A DNA stretch of 64,000 bases. Source: Camelus dromedarius (taxonomy: Eukaryota). The notes below the pieces were generated by a model. That model saw nothing but the letters and a program-made list of their open reading frames with translations. It was not told the origin of the DNA and searched no databases. Position numbers and translations under genes: made by a program. The stretch lies in the NCBI RefSeq assembly GCF_036321535.1, contig NC_087472.1, positions 96,412,001 to 96,476,000 on the forward strand. The letters are read 5' to 3'. Shown here piece after piece: positions 1-12,925 of this stretch (position 1 is its first letter; each line of letters starts with the position of its first letter).

Positions 1-920
1 AGGCACATTCCTGAGCAGAAGACTGCGGTGCACACTGCCCTGCCGGGGAGCTCCGGGGGACAGTGCAGAACCAGCCTCAGGGGGTCCACCCTAGAGGCAA
101 GGGAGCTGGGGTATTGATCCATCCACTCCTCTGTCGTTGGCTGAGGACAGTCCCGAGGGCATTGTTCCCTGTCAGTCTGGGTTGCCACATACGAGAGCCA
201 CTCGTGCTGATGTGGCCTGGAACGCCCTCCTAGAGGGTGTCGTGAGTGCTTGCCGGGACAGTCTGTCCGCATGTCCCGGGTGGAGATACCGCCGGGAGAT
301 GGGCAGGGCGCTGGCGTCATCCGCTACACCTGTGACTGAAGCCGAGCGGGAGAGGTGGGCCACTCCTGCTTGACGGTGTAGAGAAACGAGCCGTGGAATA
401 TATCTAGGCCTATGGAGAAGTCAAACTGCGCTGTCCAAGTGAGATGGGCAGTTTCATGTGAGTGTTTTGTCAGCTGTTAAAGCCCACAGGGCCACAATGG
501 AGGGTGTGGCCCACTCCTGCTCTCCACAGGGGGGGCCCCCAAGGCCGTCTGGCCACAGGCGCGCTGGACGAGGCTCTGATCCTGGCTGTGGGTGCTTTCC
601 GGAGAGCTCTAGTTGGCCTGGTGGTGCTTATCATGGCCCCGCCTTCCGCTGCACTGAGCTCCCTAATTGCCTGGTCTTTGCACACGATGAGGGTTTTTAA
701 AAATTACTCTCAGTGCACACTGTCCTTGGAACCTTCCAAGCACATTAACGAGCCCATTGGCTGATGATGAGGACTCCGACTGCTGCCCTCCTGCACAGCA
801 GGTCGACATAGATGCACAAGCTGAGAAAACTCACAGCCAGATTAAGATATGCTAGAGGAGGAAGAGAACTGAATGAACTGCAAGGTCATTTACCTTAATT
901 TACAATAGTAAACTGGTTTG
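1..920. repeat. Left arm (partial, runs off window start) of a long inverted repeat/palindrome
   Basis: Reverse complement of 36746-37665. ORF track gives mirror ORFs (137..373+ = 37293..37529-; 462..764+ = 36902..37204-). One mismatch seen (64 T vs 37602 G). Identity stops at 920/36746. Confidence 0.97.
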
Positions 921-2138
921 CTCCATACTCATTGAGGTCAATGAAGACTTTTTTTTTGTAATGATATACACAGAGGAAAATTTCTGTTTTTCAATTTACA
1001 GTTCTCTGAGTTTTGAAAAATGTTGTCAATCATGCGCCCATTCCTCCATCAAGATATGGAATTGTTCCAATGTGGAAAAAAATTCCCTCTTGCAAATTTG
1101 GAGTCAATTTCTCCCTCACCCAGAGACCCTGGCAACCATCGATGTTTTCTGTGCCTATAGATAAGCTTTTCCAAAATGTCATATAAATGGAGTCATAAAT
1201 CATATAGCTTTGAAGACTGGCTTCCTTAACATACCTACATTTAAGATCCACCCATGTTGGTTCATGTTTTATTAGTTTGTTCCTTCTTATTGCTGCATAG
1301 TATTCCATTATGTGGCTATAGTGGGTTAGTTTACCCATCTAACAGTTGAATGATATCTGGGTTGCTTCCAGTTTGGGGTGATTATGAACAACATCAGTAT
1401 AAACGTTTGCAAATAAGATTTTCTGTGAACGTAAGTTTTCATTTCACTTCAGTGAACATCTAGACTTGGCAATGTTGGGTCATGTGGTAAGTTTAAGTTT
1501 AGCTTTGTAAGAAGCTTCAAACTGTTTTTTAAAGTGGCTGTGCCATTTTGCATTCCCATCAGCAATGTTTAGAGTCTCATTGTGCTGCATCCTTGCCAGT
1601 ACTTGGTATTGACTGATTTGTTTTAAACCATTCCAATAAGTGTCTGGTGTATCTCACTGTGGTTTTATTTTCCATTTCCTTAATGACTAGTGATGTTGAG
1701 TATCATTTTATGAGCTTATTTTCTCTTATATGTTTGCTGATGTGTCTCTTCAAATATTCTGCCTGTTTTTTATTGGGTTGTTTCTTATCATTGAGGTTTG
1801 AGAGTTCTTATATGATCTGGATACAAGTCATTTAGGAGAAAGGTGTTTTGCAAATATTTCCTCCAGTATGTAGCTTATCTTTTGATTTTCTTAACAGTGA
1901 TTTCTGAAGAGCAGAATTTCTTAATTTTTATAAAGTCTAATTGATCACTTTTTTCTTTTCTACATTGTGCTTTTGGTACCAGATTTAAGAAATCTGTGCC
2001 TAAGCCAAAGTCATAAAGACATTCTCCTATGTTTTCTTCTAGAAGTTTTATAGTAGGTAGCTATATATTTAGGGTTATTGTCCATTTTGAATTCACTTTT
2101 GTATAAAGTATGAGGTATAAGTCAAGGTTCATTTTTCA

Positions 2139-2245
2139 GTGCTCACTTTGGCAGCACATATACTAAAATTGGAATAGTACAGAGAAGATCAGCATGGCCC
2201 CTGCACAACGATGACATGCAATTTCATGAAGCATTCCATATTTTT
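2139..2245 (+). pseudogene. RNU6: U6 snRNA retrocopy (5' part of a U6/L1 chimera)
   Basis: gtgctcactttggcagcacatatactaaaattgg...acagagaagatcagcatggcccctgc...ccatattttt is full-length U6 with ~12 substitutions, mostly at CpGs. It is fused directly to an L1 3' end and inserted inside an older L1. Confidence 0.95.
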
Positions 2246-2727
2246 ATGTTCATAGCAGTACTATTTACAATAGCCAAGACATGGAAGCAACCTAAATGTC
2301 CATCGACAGGTGACTGGATAAAGAAGAGGTAGTATATTTATACAATGGAATACTACTCAGCCATAAAAAAGAATAAAATAATGCCACTTGCAGCAACATG
2401 GGTGGACCTGGAGATTGTCCTTCTAAGTGAAGTAATCCAGAAAAAGAAAGAAAAATACCATATGATATCACTCATATGTGGAATCTAAAAAAAGAAAAAA
2501 GGAAACACTAATGAACTCATCTACAAAACAGAAACAGACTCGCAGACATAGTAAACAAACTTATGGTTACTGAGGAGAAGGGGTGGAAAGGGATAAATTG
2601 GGAGTTTGAGATCTGCAAATATTAACTACTATATATAAAATAAATAAACAACAAGGTCCTACTGTATAGCACAGGGAACTATATTCAATACCTTGTAATA
2701 GCCTATAATGAAAAAGAATATAAAAAG

Positions 2728-2768
<41 letters not shown>

Positions 2769-2843
2769 TTTAACTGAACCACTATGCTGTACACCAGAAA
2801 TTACACAACATTGTAAACCGACTATACTTCAATAAAAGAGAAA
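2246..2843 (+). mobile_element. L1 3' end (ORF2 tail + 3'UTR + A-rich tail) fused to U6
   Basis: Matches window L1s at ~24818-25060 and the 3'UTR at ~31960-32280. TSD aaggttcattttt at 2124-2136 and 2844-2856 flanks the whole U6+L1 unit. Confidence 0.92.
2730..2763. repeat. (TA)n microsatellite
   Basis: Direct inspection. Confidence 0.95.
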
Positions 2844-3951
2844 AAGGTTCATTTTTTGCATATGGATATCCAAGTGCTCCAGGATCATTTGTTGAAAAGA
2901 CTGTCCTTTCTCCATTGAATTGCCTTCCCACCTTTGCAAAAAATCAGTTCACCATATATGTGAAGCCCTATATCTGGACTCTCAATTCTGGTCCACTGAT
3001 TTGTCTATATTTGTGCCAATACTACTATGTCTTAATTACTGTAGATTTATAATAAGTTTTGAAATCGGGTAGTCATAAAGCTTCAACTTTGTTCTTTTGC
3101 AGAACAGTTTTGGCTATCCTAGTCCATTGGTCTTTCCATATATTTTAGAATTATCTTGTCAATTTCTACAGATTGTCAGGTCTAAACCCTAGTTCCACTA
3201 ATTATCTGTCTGTCCTTGAGAAAGTTACTTGATTCTTTTGTGCCCCTGTTTATTCATTTATAAATTGGGGTGATGATGAAGAAGATGATGATTATGATGA
3301 TGATGTCTACTTCATTTAGTTGTTTTGAAGTTTAAGTGACATAACCCATATAAACCATATCCATATAGAAAAATGCTTGTGACACAGAACTCATTAAAGC
3401 TTAGCCATTTTTTCCCTCACCACCACCCTTCTGATGGCCTCAGAACCCTTTTATTTCTTTAAGACAGTGGGGGAACTAATAAACAGTTTGAAGAGAAAGA
3501 ATAACTTCTTTTAGCATGTTAACTGGAACCATGGTGAGGACAATGGACTAGAATGGGGTGAGACTGGTGGCAGGAAACAGGTTAGAGAGTGACTGCAATA
3601 TCCCAGTGGCAACTGATGAGGTCAATGTTAGTGAAGATGCAAAGGACATACTTGAGTCATTTCTCAGGTAGACTGAGGCTTGACAAGTAATTGGTTATAG
3701 CAGTTGAAAACAAGGAAAGAGTTGAATTTGACCCAGAATCACTAGCTTTAAGAGATTAGTGGCTTCTGATGACTTATATGATATATCACATGTAATTCAC
3801 AATCTTTTCTAGGGGGGTTAATATTGTAGGAAGTTGGGGAATGGTGGCATTCCTTAGACTGTAAACTACTCTAAGGGCAGGGACTGCTATTTTTGCTCAA
3901 TACTGCTTATCTAGGGCACAGCACGATTCCTTGCATATAACTAGGTACTCG

Positions 3952-4408
3952 CAGTGGACAGAATAACAGTCCTCCCAAAGATGTCCACATCCTACTCTTT
4001 GGAACCAGTGACTATGTTCCCTTCCAGTGCAAAAGAGACTTCGCAGGTATGATTAAGCTATGGAGCCTGAGATGAAAATATTACCCTTGATCTTCTGGGT
4101 AGGCCCAGTATAATCACAGGGGTCCTTATAAGGGAAGGAGGGAGGGATGCTACGCCACTGGCCTTGAAGATGGAGGAAAGAGCTATGAGCCAAGGAATGC
4201 AGATGGCCTCTAGGAGCTGGAAAAGGCAAGGAAACAAATCCTCCTTGGAGTCTCCAAAAAGGAACGCAGCCTTGTCAACACCTTAATTTTTTCTTAGTGA
4301 GATCCATTTCAGACTTCTGCATCCCAGAACTGTAAGTTTATACATTTGTGTTGTTTTAAGCCACTGCATTTCTGGTAATTTATTATAGCAGCACTAGAAA
4401 ATGAATAT
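3952..4408 (+). mobile_element. MaLR solo LTR (MLT1D-like)
   Basis: cagaataacagtcctcccaaagatgtccacatccta ... ttttaagccactgcatttctggtaatttattatagcagcactagaaaatgaata is a typical MLT1 start and end. Confidence 0.8.
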
Positions 4409-4724
4409 ATGTTTTATGTGATGAATAGTGTTGAGAATTAGGGAAGACCTGTATTCTGCTGCCTGTAGTTCACTGAATCTAGGTTTGTGGAACTTCATAC
4501 CTCTCTAACAACAGAGTGCTACCTGGTCGTCTAGTATCTGATTGAAATTGAGGGGGAGAAAAGATGTACCTAAAAGAGGCATGCAGCCTTTCCGAGAACA
4601 TCTAATGTCATCCTCCTTTAATTTTATTTTATAAAATGCTTTGTTTCCACGATCTCACATCTCAGAAACAAATTAAGTAAGAGTTTTAAGGTCTTTGGGG
4701 AATGCAGAACAAACCCAACCAGAA

Positions 4725-4930
4725 CAATATAGTGGTAGGAACTCGGTCTCTGAAACGAGACAGGCCTGTTTCATACTCCTGGATTCGCTCCAGTTATGTG
4801 CGCCTTGATGAGTTTTCAAACCTTCAGTGTCTCTATTTCCTCATCTGTAAAACTGAGACTGTAGCGGGCTTTGAGAGATTAAGGCATGCAAACACTGCAC
4901 ACCACAAGCACTCAGTAACTGTGAGCCACT
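4725..4930 (+). mobile_element. MIR SINE remnant
   Basis: Core ...cttcagtgtctctatttcctcatctgtaaaactgag... Confidence 0.6.
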
Positions 4931-5472
4931 GTAATTCTACAAAACTAAACGGAGCTAAAGAGCAGGTGATCTCCATTTACATTAAAAAAAAAAACTCAGT
5001 TTACACAATCTTGGTTTACGTCATGGCATTATCCTGTCTCTGGTTACACCCAGGGCAGGGAGCTGGATTTGTTGAGTGTAAACTGTGAATTGAGGTCAGA
5101 AAGGAGCTGGCAGTGGATGTGCTGGGAAAGTGACCAGGCCAAAAGGCCTGAAGAAATGGAACATTCCCCTGCAGTCCTCTGAGGGGAAAATGGGGAGCTG
5201 GTGGCCTCTTCCTCCTTGATGCAATCAGCAGTAGTCTGGGAGAAGCACACATGGAAATAACCCCGTGAGCAAAATAGGCCTCTTGGCTTGGGTTTTTCCT
5301 AGAAGACAAACTTTATCTTTCCCCTGAAATTAAAATGTGCTGCTTAGAAGCCTCGGGGCTTCCTAACATTTACATGGGAAATGGCAGATATTCTAGTGTG
5401 GACTTCAGGAATCACAGCTTCTATTTTTTTTCTTCCTATTTCTAATTCTTCCCAAAGTGAAGAAGCACTTAC

Positions 5473-5737
5473 TCAGATGAGGGTTACAGTTCATTAGAAC
5501 CTCAATGAGCTGACCCTCAAAACACAGGAAAGGGGAAAACCACAAGAAAATGAGGAGATCCAAAAGGTATTCTTTGCCAGGAGACTTAGAATGAAAACAA
5601 CATTCAGGGTCAGGGTCCAGAAGCAAAGCAAATTCAGCATCATCATTCAAAGCCTCAGTTACATCCACTAAACCACAGCTGCTGAGGTCAGAAAGTGGAC
5701 TCATGCTGCCACTTAGAAGCATTTCCAAAGACAAGGG
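5473..5737 (-). pseudogene. Fossil-gene exon, still fully open (88 codons)
   Basis: Acceptor ttttggttttag|CCC, donor TGA|GTAAGT. Translates PLSLEMLLSGS...DDAEFALLLDPDPECCFHSKSPGKEYLLDLLIFLWFSPFLCFEGQLIEVLMNCNPHL (ORF track 5405..5734-). Confidence 0.7.
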
Positions 5738-7204
5738 CTAAAACCAAAAGCCTTTTTCATTATCCACAACAGTCTAATCCCTAAACCAGTCCAGAGACTG
5801 CACGTTTTTACAAGAATTACCAAATGTAGCTCAGAAAATGAAAAGTATGTTTGGCACTCAGAAAAACAAAATTCTATTTGTATATGTTTGTGTATATATT
5901 TTATAATTTTATATATAAATTCTAAATTTTTATATGTAAATATTATTTAATAGCATATATAAACATAAGAGGTATATATGGTAAATATAAGAGAAAATAG
6001 GCTTTGGTATATATATATATATATATAATTGTAATATTTATATAATACATTTCTACATTAAAATTATGTATATATTCAAGGTCACTATTTTACCTTACCC
6101 AAAGAAATTTCTATAGACAAAGTACCTCCGATTTAGTCACCCTGCATTTTGAAAAGAGTAACATCTTAATAGATTTTTAAAAGAAAAAAATTGTGTCATC
6201 AGATCCATTTTAATAAGGCTGACTAATGTTACTAAATATATAACACTGTCTAATACCAAATTACAGTTGAAATGCATTACTAAGGAAAGATGATAACCCC
6301 AGCTATAATTTTAGTTTTGTCAGATACAAAAGCTGGATATGACTTCTGGCCTACATTTTTCTGGAAATATCGTTCATTATCTATTCATCTGTCTCAAAGA
6401 GTCAATGCCTTGTGCCATCGCCATTTTGATAACAATCTAGTCTTTCCAAGGTATGAAGGTATCATCTCTTTTAAGAACCTCTCACATCCGGTGTGACACT
6501 TAAACTCTAAGTGTAACCCAAGGATTAACTTCTCCCTGCTCTCTTCAAATGTGACTTTTTTTCGCTATTATATTTGGAGAACAGAGGTTTGTCATCTGTC
6601 TGCTCCAGAGTCATTCACTTGGCACCTCCTCCTCTGCTCTGTGAGCTCCTGCCCTGGGCTACCCCTGTAGTGGAGGGTGGGCTGCTCTCCCTGTAGTGGC
6701 CTGCTCCAGCCCCCTGCCCCCACAACAGCAGCTGAGAATGTGTAAGACTTCGACCAGTTGGGAAAGCTTAATGATATTACAGGGTAGAAAATGGGAAATG
6801 AGAAAATACTTTTTAACTAGATGCTAAATACAAATTCTCTCATAGTCCAAAGGAAAAGAACAAAGGACATCAAACCCTTCATTGAGGAGGGTGGGTGACA
6901 GTACATTCCAGTTCTCAGCCTCGCTCCCAGGCCCACTTTCCTCTGTCCCTTCCAGAGAGAGAGACAGGGCTGCCTTCTCCAAATGTGTTCAGGGTACAGT
7001 TTTCACTCCACCGCAGGGAAACTCCACCCCCTGCCCTCAGGGGTTAGCTCTGTGCTGGCGTTTATCACCTTCTGTGGTGGGCACTCTTTGGGCTCCACCC
7101 AGGTCTCCTTGGATCCCATTTACAGTTTCTACATGCTCCTCTCCTGGTTTCTGTGTGCTTTCGCTACTAATGGTCTGCATTTGAGACTCTTTTTGGAAGG
7201 TACC

Positions 7205-7508
7205 CTTAGGCTATTGGAACCGCTTTGAAGAGCAGAGCCAGGGACAAGCAGGTACAGAAGTGTGAGAGCCCAGCTCCCTGGCCTGAAGTTGGGACGAACT
7301 CAGAGGCATGACGTATACTCCAGAGCTCCCTCGTAGGATCAGGCTGAGGCTGGGTCTTCGCCTGAGATCGCCCCCTCAGGGTGCCTCCCCTTCCCAATCT
7401 GTCTTCTCTGATCCCCTTAAAGTTCTCCTTGGAAGCACTTATGTTTAAAAAATCACTCATACAAATCCTCATCTCAGGGTCTTCTTCTGGGGAACCAACC
7501 TAAAGCAG
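7205..7508 (+). mobile_element. ERVL-type solo LTR remnant (LTR16-like)
   Basis: 3' end ...aatcctcatctcagggtcttcttctggggaaccaacctaaagca typical of the LTR16 group. Confidence 0.55.
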
Positions 7509-8009
7509 CACCTTTTTACTCATTTTTAGGCATAGCTGAAAGCTCTATAATTCTCAAGCAGTACATTCCCTAAGTCCAGCAGAACAGCCCAGGATCTCTG
7601 GTGTGATATGTCAAATCCTTTTGAGTTCTCTCTCCATCAGGGTGGGATGAAACTGCACCCCTTTACTGCTCCAGTCCCCAGTGGGTAAATGCTGGGCAAA
7701 ATAAACATCTGTCCCAAGGACAGAAAATCATTCTCAACAATAGATTTTAACTGATTAAAGAGGACAAACTTTGCCCAAAGCAATAGGACTTGCAAAGAGG
7801 CGCTCTACCCAAAATTAGATTCTATAATTGGCCAAGCTGATTCTCCTCCCCACTTCTACCTCCTGCCCAGATGCCAATGGTATGTAGGAAATAAGCCAAT
7901 TACATGCTCTTGGGGAACAACAAGCCGTCTACCCTGAGAGCCATTTTTAGTAATATAAAGACTCAGCAGGGGCTCTGACATGGACACATCTCTTTTCTCT
8001 GGTCCATCA

Positions 8010-8215
8010 CACATCAAAGTGTGACGCCAGGACCACCAGCAGCAGCAGCATCTGGGAACTGGTTAGAAGCCCAAATGCTCTGACTCCACCTCAGACCCAC
8101 TGAATCAGAAGCTCTAGGATTAGAAGTGGGTCCAGCGACCTACGTTAAAATGACCTATGTTAAAACGTAGCTCTCCAGGAATTCTGATGTGTGCTCCAAG
8201 TTCAGAGCCACTGCC
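8010..8215. mobile_element. MER5A-like hAT-Charlie DNA transposon fossil
   Basis: gaccaccagcagcagcagcatctgggaactggttagaa...actgaatcagaagctct...gagccactg. Confidence 0.7.
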
Positions 8216-9039
8216 TTGGTCAAATCAGGCATCTTCTGTCTTTAATCTCTGTAAACATTTTTTCAAAGTCTCAGAAAAGAAAGTATGATTGGTTGTTACG
8301 GAGGAGTTTTAATCCTTGACACAATTATCTCTAACAAGGAGAAAGGATGAGTAGAACTAGGGGAGCTCTGTGGGCTAAGAAGCCACTGCGAACTATTGCA
8401 TCTGGCATTATTCACTGGTCTGGGAGTCATGGAAGAAGTCATCTATGATGTACTAGAATTCAATGAACTAGGTCAGTCAGATATAGTGGTCTTCATGAGA
8501 GTGATCTTGAAAAATGGAAATAAAGCAAGTTTCTCTGCTTTAGACTGTTTGGTAGAGCCTAATATTGAGATAAGCGCTCCCCCTTCCACACATGTGCTCT
8601 TGTAACATGACTGTGCTTACCCCATTATTGTACATACTATCTTAATTGCTTATTTACTTTCTTTTGTCCCTCTCCTGGAAGCATCTCAAAGATGGGGATT
8701 GTTTCTTGTTCACCTTTGCATCTCTAATGACTGTACCACAGTTAGGTGATCAAGAAACATTTCTTACATGTTGAATTAAAAAAAGAAAGGAAGCACCAAA
8801 ATAAATGTTGTAAATTCCTAGCTAGAGGAAAGCCCTGGGATTAGGATTGAGGACTAGGTTCTTCCATTTATATAAGCAACTCAAGGCAGCTCTAAACAAA
8901 AACCAAATAGATGCAAAAGTATGTAGTGGTAAAGTGGTAGGGGAGGGTGACAACAATGGAAACATTTTACAAAGGAAAGGCTCTCTCTTTCTCTCTCTCT
9001 CTGTGTGTGTGTGTGTGTTGTTTGCAGAGTGTAAACTCT

Positions 9040-10240
9040 TCCCCTCCCCACCCGGTTCTATTGAGATATAATTAACATACAGCACTGTATACGTTTAAGG
9101 TGGACAGCATAATGATTTGACTTACCTATATTGTGAAACTGTTGCCAGAGCTGCTCCAGGTCTTTGCTCAAAACCCGCAACCCCAACCTGTAGGAGTGAA
9201 CGTAAATCTTTAAGTTCAAGGATTCAGAGATAAGAAAGGAAGCTACAAAAAAAAAAAAAAAAAACCAGTTGGAAACAGCTGGGACCAACATGGCAACCAA
9301 TCTGACCTCCAAAAGACACTGAGTCTCATTATTCACTGATTTTACTGTATTAGCATGTTAAATGACACAGCAGCCAGGACATTAAGGACCAAAAAAGGAT
9401 AAAAAGGGAGTGGCACCCCACGCCCTGGGAAAAAGCCCTGCCCCTCCCCCAGTAACTAATGCATATGCCTCTCCATCGCTAGCCTCACTCCTCCTTTGTC
9501 TTTACTCTTTAAAATTAAATCCCTCTCACCACATAGGCCAGAAGCTGATCAGTGAACTTAGTTCTCGCTTCTCCATTCTTTGGCCACTGAATAAAGCTTG
9601 TGCTGTGTCCATCTCAGCTGGGTTTCCTTATTCCTCTGCTCTAACCCGAGCGGAAAAAGAACCCACCCCCGCTGAGGCAGAGAGCCTGGCTGGGCTAGGG
9701 CCTGAGCAGGGTCTATACAAAATGATTACGACAATAATTTTAGTATACATTCATCTTCCCATACAGGTACAAAAGAAAAAGAAAACAAATGTTTTTTGCC
9801 TGATGACGAGAACTCTTAGGATTTACTGTTTAACAACTTTCAAATATCCCACACAGCAATGTTAACTATAATCATCATGTTATACATTACATCCCTAGTA
9901 CTCATTTATCTCATAACTGGAAATTTGTAACTTTTGACCCTTTTCCTTCAATTCCACCTCCTCCCCATCTCCTACCTCTGGTAACCACAATTTGATGTCT
10001 TTTTCTTTGAGTTTGGGGGGGTTGTTTGTTTTGGGTTTTTTTTTTTTAGATTCCACATATAAATGAAATTGTACAGTATTTGTCTTTCTTTGTCTGAACT
10101 TATTTCACTTAGCATAATGCCCTCAAGGTCCATCCATGTTGTTGCAAATGGCAGGATTTCCTTCTTGTTTATGGCTGAATAATATCCCATTGTACACATA
10201 CACACCACAATTTCGTTATCCATTCATATGCTGATGGACT
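9040..10240 (-). mobile_element. L1 3' end, antisense, split by a solo LTR
   Basis: ORF 9972..10223- (MGYYSAINKKEILPFATTWMDLEGIMLSEIS) is L1 ORF2 C-terminus. Sequence is continuous across the LTR (tgtgaaa|...|aaatgatt). Confidence 0.8.
9140..9719 (+). mobile_element. ERV1-type solo LTR
   Basis: TG...CA termini, internal aataaa (9590), and imperfect 4-bp TSD aaac/aaat inside the host L1. Confidence 0.75.
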
Positions 10241-10671
10241 AGAAAGGTCCTTAATTGGAATCTTAAACTGCTTTTGCCTCACAAAGGAAGTCTGTGGTTG
10301 CTTTTCAGGCCCCAGAAAACAACATTCTCACCATTAAAATCTATTGTTTTACTGAAAGGAATTTATGCTATTTCCTGGGCTCTCAAATCCTTCATGAAAC
10401 TCCAGCCATTTGGAAGACAGGGCAAGTTTTGGGTGGAGGGATGTGAAATCTGAAGACAGTATAAAGGAGCTTGGGGAAGCAGAATAAACATAAAGAAAAG
10501 TGGGTCTTGGGTGGGGTGCTCAAGACCTTTACCAAACAAATACACTGGGGATGGGGAAATGGAGAATGTTACCTAGTTTTTTAGCAAGGGAGTTTTAAGT
10601 TAAGGATCATTTATTTTAAGGGGTGTAAATGTAAAACTATCATTTAAATAGCCTTTCAGGAGTGTCATAAG

Positions 10672-11225
10672 CAGACAGGGATCAGAATATGCCACCCCTA
10701 AATATGCTCCTTGACAGAAGGATTATTTTGAGCTAAAGGCAGTTAAGCAGCAGCAAATGCAGAAAGAGCTCTCTGCCCCCTCCCCTATCTGCCTAGAAGC
10801 AGAGCATAAATTTCCCCTTGCAAAAGTGCTCCCCCTCCCCTCTCCCATTCCAGGAAGAGGAAAACAACCATCATCACCTGAGACAGAACTTCAGCCCAGA
10901 GCTAGGTCTGCATAACAAATCTTACTAAATAGCCTTTATCTTCCACCTGTTTCTCCCATATATTTATCTTCCCACAGCTGACTGCCCCTGGAAGCCCAAA
11001 CCCCTTTTTCTTTGTCTTCTCACTTCTCCACAAATGTATTGCCCTTTGTTAAAATGGAATATAAGCCCCTGGATCTTAGTGCCTCTTGGGGTCTTCATTT
11101 CCTTTTATTTGAGGCCTACATGTGCAAATGTAATAAACCTTTTCTCCTGTTAGTCTTTTGTCAATTTAATTAGCAGGCCTCAGGTACTGAAAATAAAAGG
11201 GTATAGGAAATGTTTATCCCTCCAT
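10672..11225 (+). mobile_element. ERV1 solo LTR (MER34-like)
   Basis: gggatcagaatatgccacccctaaatatgc...ggattattttgagctaaaggc start; tataag and aataaa inside. Confidence 0.7.
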
Positions 11226-12083
11226 GCAGTATTTTCTTGGGTCCTAGACAAACAGCTTTTTTCTTCAGATGTGGCAAAGAACACCTTTAGTTTTTTCACA
11301 ATTCTGGATTTTGTCTTCCTCTCTTTTGTTCTGTATGTTCATCTTTGTGGTTTCCTTGATTTTTCCCCTCAGTGATATCTGCATGACTCAGATCATCGCA
11401 GGCTTCCCTCTATACAACCTTTGGGGTGATTGATGATAAAGGAAATATAAAGACTTTGAGACACAGTATTAAGGTGAGTTTACTTCTGGACAAGAGAGGG
11501 AAAACCTGATTAAATATAGCAGGATTAGATCCCATGGGATCGAGTCTTCAAACTGTCAAATAATAATTCAGAGACAGTTGGAGTACTGAAGATGTACTTA
11601 CATTTAGGGACTACACAAGGGAGAAGAGCCCCCATGGAGATCCTCTCAGACCAAAACAAGGGTGAGACTTACAAAAGCACAGCTAGAAAGTTTCACAAAG
11701 AATTGGTTGAACAAGACCAAGCTGGTCAGTTCAAGGTTGGTTCATTGTAATGAAGCTGCGCACAGGCCATTCACTGAACCACAAGTCTGGTTGTGGTTTT
11801 TAGGAACTGTGTTTACCCATCAAGTCTGTTATGTTGACCCCCGATAATGCAGTTGAGTTATATATAGGCTGCAAACAGTCACAGTTTCATCATCAGGCCA
11901 TTCTTCTGCTGATTTGGACCAATTTTACAGTAAGTGGTTGCTCAGTTCCCTTTAGTGGGGCCCAGACGATGTGCTGTCTTGCAATTTCTGATATCCTCAT
12001 GGCTCAGGATTATGCAAACTTCCTATTATATTAAACCCAGGTTTTGTCACTGTGATCAGGAACATCCCCATAATTAAAAGTTG

Positions 12084-12540
12084 ATGATGACAGAAATTCT
12101 TTGCTTACCAAATTCTAGTCAGTCTCCTGCACCTTCTCCAAGGCCCATCTGCACACTTTCTTGTAAAATCTAGTTTTGGCAAGAACCCTGCTAAGTCATT
12201 TTACCCAGAACCCCCTACCTTCGATATGTGATTACCCGCAGTATCTGATCCGGTCCCTCATCCTCTGCAATCCCCCAGGTGATGTCTGGTCACCCTGGAC
12301 TGTCTTCAGTAGAGAGTCCTTTTAGGTCAGTTTGGCTAGAACCCCCCTTACCCCTGATGTTTTCTCTTACAAACTTCCTATTCACTGACCCCTACCCTGC
12401 TCCTTGGCTATAAATTCCCACTCGCCCAAGCTGTATTTGTAGTTGAATCTGGTCTCTCTTCCATTGGAAAACCCTATTGCAGTGGTCCCTAGGCCTGTCA
12501 TGAAGGTCTTGAATGTATTTCTCTTTAACAATGATCCATA
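12084..12540 (+). mobile_element. ERV1 solo LTR (MER31-like)
   Basis: tgatgacagaaattctttgcttaccaaattctagtcag start; tataaattccc TATA. Confidence 0.6.
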
Positions 12541-12589
12541 GCTGAAGGGAGACTATATTAAGTGGACAAGGTAGAAAAGAATGAATCCT

Positions 12590-12925
12590 GCATTGGGAGG
12601 CACCCAAGACCACCCCCAGATTTGATGATTCACTAGAACTCATAGGACTTTCTCTTCTACTGGAGGCTGGTTTTTTAAGTGGAGGCTGCTCACAGACAAC
12701 CTCTGCCTAGCATGTATAAAAATTCTAGACTCTCAGAAGAAAAGCAGGAGTTCAGCATAAACCATATTGCTTTTAGAGTTTAGGCACAGTAAGCCAGTCT
12801 CATCAGTTAAGAGTGGGAACCCTCCCCCAAATCTAAGTCCCCAGATGCCAGTCAATAACCAACCTTATAAGTAGGCTTTTCAAAGGATCGCAGTTGGATC
12901 TGCTGTGTTAACTCTTGTCTGCACA
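12590..12925. mobile_element. LTR remnant (MER21-like)
   Basis: cccaagaccacccccagatttgatgattcactagaactca motif. Confidence 0.55.

Larger units (their letters stand above)
945..3170 (-). mobile_element. Old L1M-type LINE 3' portion, antisense, interrupted by U6/L1 chimera at 2139-2843
   Basis: Typical antisense L1 ORF2 C-terminus/3'UTR. ORF 1030..1338- gives MEYYAAIRRNK...TWVDLK, an L1 ORF2 C-terminal motif. Confidence 0.8.

Noticed and set aside
137..764. Short ORFs duplicated at both arms
   Set aside because: They overlap in several frames in GC-rich LTR/unique DNA and show no recognisable protein; they are identical only because of the palindrome.
2139..2245. Functional U6 gene
   Set aside because: CpG-decayed, fused to L1, flanked by TSDs, and lying inside an L1.
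6324..6449. Plus-strand exon-like segment (tcag|...aag|gtatga)
   Set aside because: It is isolated, with no phase-compatible plus-strand neighbours. The minus-strand reading fits the exon chain better.
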